Assembly (NCBI GenBank): GCA_934130405.1 | Contig: CAKOXX010000002.1 | Coordinates: 28,100-92,099, forward strand | Direction of reading: 5' to 3' | Origin: an uncultured Bacilli bacterium | GTDB lineage: Bacteria > Bacillota_I > Bacilli_A > RF39 > UBA660 | DNA length: 64,000 bases | In this document: one piece after another, positions 60,405-64,000 of the stretch | How positions within the stretch are numbered: position 1 is the stretch's first letter | How the letters are laid out: each line of letters opens with the position of its first letter | The notes under the pieces: generated by a model | Told to the model about the DNA's origin: nothing | Seen by the model: the letters and a program-made list of their open reading frames with translations, nothing else | Databases searched by the model: none | Translations under genes and position numbers: made by a program

Positions 60405-61343
60405 ATGAAAAAAAATAAAAAAATTGCTGTGTTGATTCCTTGTTATAATGAATCAAAAACTATTAAGAAAGTAGTAGAAGACTATAAAAAAGCGTTACCA
60501 GAAGCAGATATTTATGTTTATGATAACAATTCATCTGACCATACTGATGAAATTGCAAGAGAAGCTGGTGCTATTGTAAGATATGAATATCGTCAAGGAA
60601 AAGGTAATGTTATCAGAAGTATGTTTAAAGATATAGATGCTGATTGTTATTTAATGATTGATGGTGATGATACTTATCCAGCAGAGAATGCTAGAGAAAT
60701 GTGTGACTTAGTCCTTAATAAAAAAGTTGATATGGTAATAGGTGATAGACTTTCTTCTACTTATTTTACTGAGAATAAAAGACCTTTCCATAATTTTGGA
60801 AATCGTTTAGTAAGAGGATTGATTAACTTTTTGTTTGAAAGTAATGTTCGTGATATTATGACTGGTTATCGTGCTTTTAGTTATGAATTTGTAAAGACTT
60901 TTCCTGTGTTATCGAAAGGTTTTGAAATAGAAACAGAAATGACTATTCACGCTCTTGATAAGAATTTCTTATTAGAAGAAGTTAAGGTCGGTTATAGAGA
61001 CCGTCCTGCTGGTAGTGTTTCAAAGCTTAATACGTATCGTGATGGTTTTAGAGTATTAAAAACGATTGGAAGACTATTCAAAGAGTATAAACCAACTATT
61101 TTCTTTAGTTTACTTAGTTTATTATTTTTAATTATTTCTGTTGGTTTTGGTATTCCTGTTTTTGCTGAATATTTTAAGACTGGTTTGGTACCAAGATATC
61201 CAACTTTAATATTCTCTGGCTTTATGTTAATGATTGCTCTTGTGCTATTTGCTTGTGGAGTAGTATTAGAAGTGGTTGTTAAAAAACATCGTCAATTGTT
61301 TGAACTTATGTTAATAAATGTTAATAGAGGAAAAGAAGGATAA
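60405..61343 (+). CDS. GtrB/CsbB-like GT2 polyprenyl-phosphate glycosyltransferase with C-terminal TM helices
   Basis: IAVLIPCYNESKTIKKVV ... YVYDNNSSD; DGDD; two C-terminal TM helices; ATG 60405 with GAGGAG SD. Confidence 0.75.
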   Translation: MKKNKKIAVLIPCYNESKTIKKVVEDYKKALPEADIYVYDNNSSDHTDEIAREAGAIVRYEYRQGKGNVIRSMFKDIDADCYLMIDGDDTYPAENAREMCDLVLNKKVDMVIGDRLSSTYFTENKRPFHNFGNRLVRGLINFLFESNVRDIMTGYRAFSYEFVKTFPVLSKGFEIETEMTIHALDKNFLLEEVKVGYRDRPAGSVSKLNTYRDGFRVLKTIGRLFKEYKPTIFFSLLSLLFLIISVGFGIPVFAEYFKTGLVPRYPTLIFSGFMLMIALVLFACGVVLEVVVKKHRQLFELMLINVNRGKEG

Positions 61344-61795
61344 TGAAAAAGGATAAAGCTAGTTTATTTGTAAAAAAATGTTTAAAATTATTTCATATAA
61401 AAGTAAATGCTAAACAAGAAAAGTTACTTATTCAAATATTTAAATTTGGGATAGTTGGTGGTATTGCTTTTGTAATAGATTATGTTTCTTTGATTGTTTG
61501 TAAAGAAGTTTTTCATCTTAACACGTTATTAGCTGCTGCTATTGCGTTTACTATTTCGGTTATTTATAATTACATTGCTAGTGTAAAATGGGTTTTTGAT
61601 GTTAATAAAGAAAAAAATGAAAAGACTAATTTTGTCATCTTTATTGTACTTAGTATCGTTGGTTTAATTATTACAGAGATAATTATGTGGTTTGGTACTG
61701 ATGTAATGAAGATTAGTTACCTAATAATTAAGATAGTAGCAACAGCAATAGTAATGGTATTTAACTTTATTACAAGAAAGATGTTTTTAGAATAG
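61343..61795 (+). CDS. GtrA-family membrane protein (polyprenyl-P-sugar flippase-like)
   Basis: FKFGIVGGIAFVIDYVSL and four TM helices. Confidence 0.7.
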   Translation: MKKDKASLFVKKCLKLFHIKVNAKQEKLLIQIFKFGIVGGIAFVIDYVSLIVCKEVFHLNTLLAAAIAFTISVIYNYIASVKWVFDVNKEKNEKTNFVIFIVLSIVGLIITEIIMWFGTDVMKISYLIIKIVATAIVMVFNFITRKMFLE

Positions 61796-61826
61796 ACCTT
61801 GTTGGGTCTTTTTCTTTTAGTACGAA
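61796..61826 (+). terminator. rho-independent terminator (AGACC..GGTCT + TTTTTCTTTT)
   Basis: hairpin plus T-run at the locus end. Confidence 0.6.
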
Positions 61827-61910
61827 AAAAGTTGAAATTTTAGATAATTAAGTCAAATCTATGGTTAGTTTGCTTTGTTTATGATATAAATTAATTGAAA
61901 AAAATTAAAT

Positions 61911-62020
61911 TTATACCAATTTTGCATTTTCGGTATAAAAAAATGGCCAATTTGTTAAATTCAACTACTAGAAATGCCATTTTCGGCAATTTTTATGTCT
62001 GAATTTGCAAAATTGCCTGT
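61911..62020. repeat. iterated GCATTTTCGG / GAATTTGCAAAATTGCC near-palindromic motifs upstream of the second Rpn-like gene
   Basis: 62001-62017 matches 14779-14795 at 16/17 positions. Confidence 0.65.
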
Positions 62021-62094
62021 TTGCACAATTAATATCTCCTTTGATATGATGACAGCGTCAACGTTGATTTACACCACAACTAAAGGAGGTCTTA

Positions 62095-63018
62095 ATGACA
62101 AAAGAAAAATTTATAATTCCCTTATATGATACAACTATTAAGTATTTGATTAAAAGTGAAAGAACTGGTCCAATAATTTTTAAATTAATCTATTCTTTAA
62201 CAGGAATTGACTTATCGGATTACATAATGATTGATCAAGAGTTAAATACTGGTAATAATAAAACTAAAGATTATCGTTTGGATTTTCTTTTTAAGAAAGG
62301 TAGGACTTTAGTTAATTTAGAAATTAACTATGAACTTAGCGATTGGTCAAGGAGAAAAGGTTACAATTACTTATGGCGTTTAGCAGGAAGTGGTTATGGT
62401 ACTGGTGGTAAGTATACCGAAAAGGAAGTAATTCATATTGCTATTAATAATGCTAGTTTTAAAGAAGATAAAAATGCTACTTTATTAAAATATCGCTTTA
62501 AAGAAGATGATTGTAACACAGTAATAACTGGTGTTAAAAGTTATGAGATTTATTTAAAGAACTATAGTGGTATCAAATATAATGGAAGTAATGAAATTGA
62601 AACTTTACTATCAATGTTAACAGCGACTAGTAAAGAAGAAATGAAAGAAATAGTAGGAAACTACAAGGAAGGAGAAATAATTATGAGTGAATTGGAAAAA
62701 TTAGCTTTAAATGACGAGTTTAATATTTATTATGACCATGAAGCAATCTATAAGAAAGATCTTAATGAAAAATATGATGAAGGAAGAGAGTCTGGACTTG
62801 TTGAAGGACGAAAATCTGGCTTGGCTGAAGGACGAAAATCTGGCTTGGCTGAAGGACGAAAATCTGGCTTGGCTGAAGGACGAAAATCTGGTTTAGCTGA
62901 AGGTTCTAATAAAGAAAAACTAGCAATAGCTAAGTTAATGCTTCAAGGAAAAGAATCATTAGAGAAAATAGTCAAATATACAGGTTTAAGCATTAATCAA
63001 TTGAACACGCTTTTATAA
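62095..63018 (+). CDS. Rpn-family / PD-(D/E)XK nuclease 'putative transposase' (YhgA-like) with octapeptide EGRKSGLA x5
   Basis: AAAGGAGGT SD; overall architecture like 13715-14635; C-terminal charged repeat then a conserved about 35-aa tail. Confidence 0.7.
   Translation: MTKEKFIIPLYDTTIKYLIKSERTGPIIFKLIYSLTGIDLSDYIMIDQELNTGNNKTKDYRLDFLFKKGRTLVNLEINYELSDWSRRKGYNYLWRLAGSGYGTGGKYTEKEVIHIAINNASFKEDKNATLLKYRFKEDDCNTVITGVKSYEIYLKNYSGIKYNGSNEIETLLSMLTATSKEEMKEIVGNYKEGEIIMSELEKLALNDEFNIYYDHEAIYKKDLNEKYDEGRESGLVEGRKSGLAEGRKSGLAEGRKSGLAEGRKSGLAEGSNKEKLAIAKLMLQGKESLEKIVKYTGLSINQLNTLL
62779..62898 (+). repeat. 24-bp coding tandem repeat, 5 units (three identical GAAGGACGAAAATCTGGCTTGGCT)
   Basis: read directly; produces the alternative-frame ORF 62711-62896 as an artefact. 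Confidence 0.85.
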
Positions 63019-63059
63019 TTTAAATAATTATTTGATTTTTTAGAAAAGGAGAGGTAATT

Positions 63060-63314
63060 GTGGATGAATTAAATATAAATGATGAGTTTAATATTTATTA
63101 TGATCATGAAGCAATCTATAAGAAAGATCTTAATGAAAAATATGATGAAGGAAGAGAGTCTGGACTTGCCGAAGGACGAAAATCTGGTTTAGCTGAAGGT
63201 TCTAATAAAGAAAAACTAGCAATAGCTAAGTTAATGCTTCAAGGAAAAGAATCATTAGACAAAATAGTCAAATATACGGGTTTAAGTATAAATCAGTTGA
63301 ATACACTTTTGTAA
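63060..63314 (+). pseudogene. duplicated 3' fragment of the Rpn-like gene (84 codons, only 2 repeat units) with its own SD and GTG start
   Basis: NDEFNIYYDHEAIYKKDLNEKYDEGRESGL and the tail are near-identical to residues about 205-307 of 62095-63018. Confidence 0.6.
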
Positions 63315-63315
63315 A

Positions 63316-63346
63316 AGAGATGAATAATCTCTTTTTGTTTATAAAT
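63316..63346 (+). terminator. rho-independent terminator (AAGAGAT..ATCTCTT + TTTTG)
   Basis: 7-bp stem with T-run. Confidence 0.55.
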
Positions 63347-63422
63347 AAGTATCTTAATTTAACAATGCCTTTCCTTTTCAGTTAAAAAACGTTATAATAA
63401 GAAACGAAAGGAATTGAGGTCA

Positions 63423-63716
63423 ATGGATAAGTTAACAAAAGAAGAAGTAAATCATATTGCTCATCTTGCACGTATTGGTATGAGTGATAGTGATGTAGAA
63501 ATTTTTCAAGTTGAATTAAAAAAACTATTAGATGAAGTATCTAAAATTACAGATATAAAAGGTTATGATGATGAAATAATGTTTACTCCAAGTGAAAATA
63601 AAGCTACAATGCGAGAAGACATTGAAGGAGAAATGTTAAGTGCTAAAGAAGCTTTAGCTAATGCTCCAAAGAAAAATGGAAATTTTGTGGAAGTGCCGGT
63701 GATGATTAATGAATAG
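63423..63716 (+). CDS. gatC: Asp-tRNA(Asn)/Glu-tRNA(Gln) amidotransferase subunit C
   Basis: MDKLTKEEVNHIAHLARIGMSDSDVE is the GatC N-terminus; ATG 63423 (track TTG 63414). Confidence 0.85.
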   Translation: MDKLTKEEVNHIAHLARIGMSDSDVEIFQVELKKLLDEVSKITDIKGYDDEIMFTPSENKATMREDIEGEMLSAKEALANAPKKNGNFVEVPVMINE

Positions 63717-64000
63717 ATATTTAGATTTAAGCTTAGAAGAAATTCACAATTTATTAGTAGAGAAGACTATAACACCAGTAGATTTAGTTAAAGAATCTCT
63801 TGCAAGAATAGAAGAAAATAAAGACTTAAATGCTTTTATCACAATTAATGAAAAAGCTATTGAAGAAGCCGAAACTTTAGGAGAAGTTGAGAAAGATAAC
63901 TTATTTTTTGGTATTCCCATTGCTATTAAAGATAATATTGTAACTAAAGATTTAAGAACTACTTGCGCATCAAAAATGCTAGAAAATTTTATTCCTATTT
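63707..64000 (+). CDS. gatA: Asp-tRNA(Asn)/Glu-tRNA(Gln) amidotransferase subunit A, N-terminal part (3' end outside window)
   Basis: MNRYLDLSLEEIHNLLVEKTITPVDLV ... GIPIAIKDNI; overlaps the gatC stop. Confidence 0.8.

Noticed and set aside
62711-62896. 61-aa ORF with ENLAWLKD repeats
   Set aside because: Alternative-frame artefact of the 24-bp tandem repeat inside the Rpn-like gene.
1-64000. Mollicute-type genetic code (TGA = Trp)
   Set aside because: Well-supported genes end in TGA (for example 46069-46071), and reading TGA as sense gives no extended conserved sequence.

Overview
AT-rich (roughly 27-30% GC) chromosomal segment from a low-GC Gram-positive bacterium (Firmicutes, Clostridia/Erysipelotrichia-like). 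TGA is a stop codon, so the standard code applies. The window is dominated by cell-envelope glycobiology, bracketed by core genes (scpA-scpB, ppdK, rfbB, gatC-gatA) and interspersed with accessory or unknown genes.

Plus-strand contents in order:
(1) 3' end of an FtsX-like ABC permease.
(2) Wzx/Wzy-dependent capsule/exopolysaccharide locus (1147-12623): Wzz-like co-polymerase, BY-kinase, PHP Tyr-phosphatase, priming sugar-P transferase, several glycosyltransferases, Wzy, pyruvyl transferase, Wzx, VanZ, LCP ligase.
(3) Secreted Cys-rich protein with three DDGSC-type mini-repeats.
(4) Two Rpn/PD-(D/E)XK 'putative transposase' genes (13715-14635 minus strand; 62095-63018 plus strand). Each is preceded by an array of near-palindromic GAATTT..AAAATTC motifs. 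The second carries a 24-bp x5 coding tandem repeat and a duplicated 3' fragment.
(5) RNHCP-domain gene divergent from a 374-aa unknown.
(6) scpA-scpB.
(7) Two large secreted proteins of unknown function.
(8) Two unknown genes abutting tRNA-Leu(CAA).
(9) Cys-less PTS-EIIB-like small membrane protein, then ppdK.
(10) Class-III Fic protein and a DUF4143-type AAA ATPase.
(11) Minus-strand sortase operon.
(12) Three-gene module of unknown function: a 1101-aa soluble protein, a translationally coupled orphan receiver-like protein, and a NUDIX-ATP-grasp fusion whose 5' end is broken at an A7 homopolymer. This is the best candidate for an undescribed system.
(13) rfbB, a DUF4145 protein, and a split OatA-like pair (SGNH + AT3).
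(14) 1001-aa GH25 muramidase with nine tandem Ig-like repeats.
(15) Second, ABC-transporter-dependent polysaccharide locus (45334-61795) containing glf (galactofuranose), several GT2s, two GtrB-like/GtrA-like sets and five large polytopic membrane proteins, two of them paralogous.

All calls rest on motif reading by eye. No database search was run.
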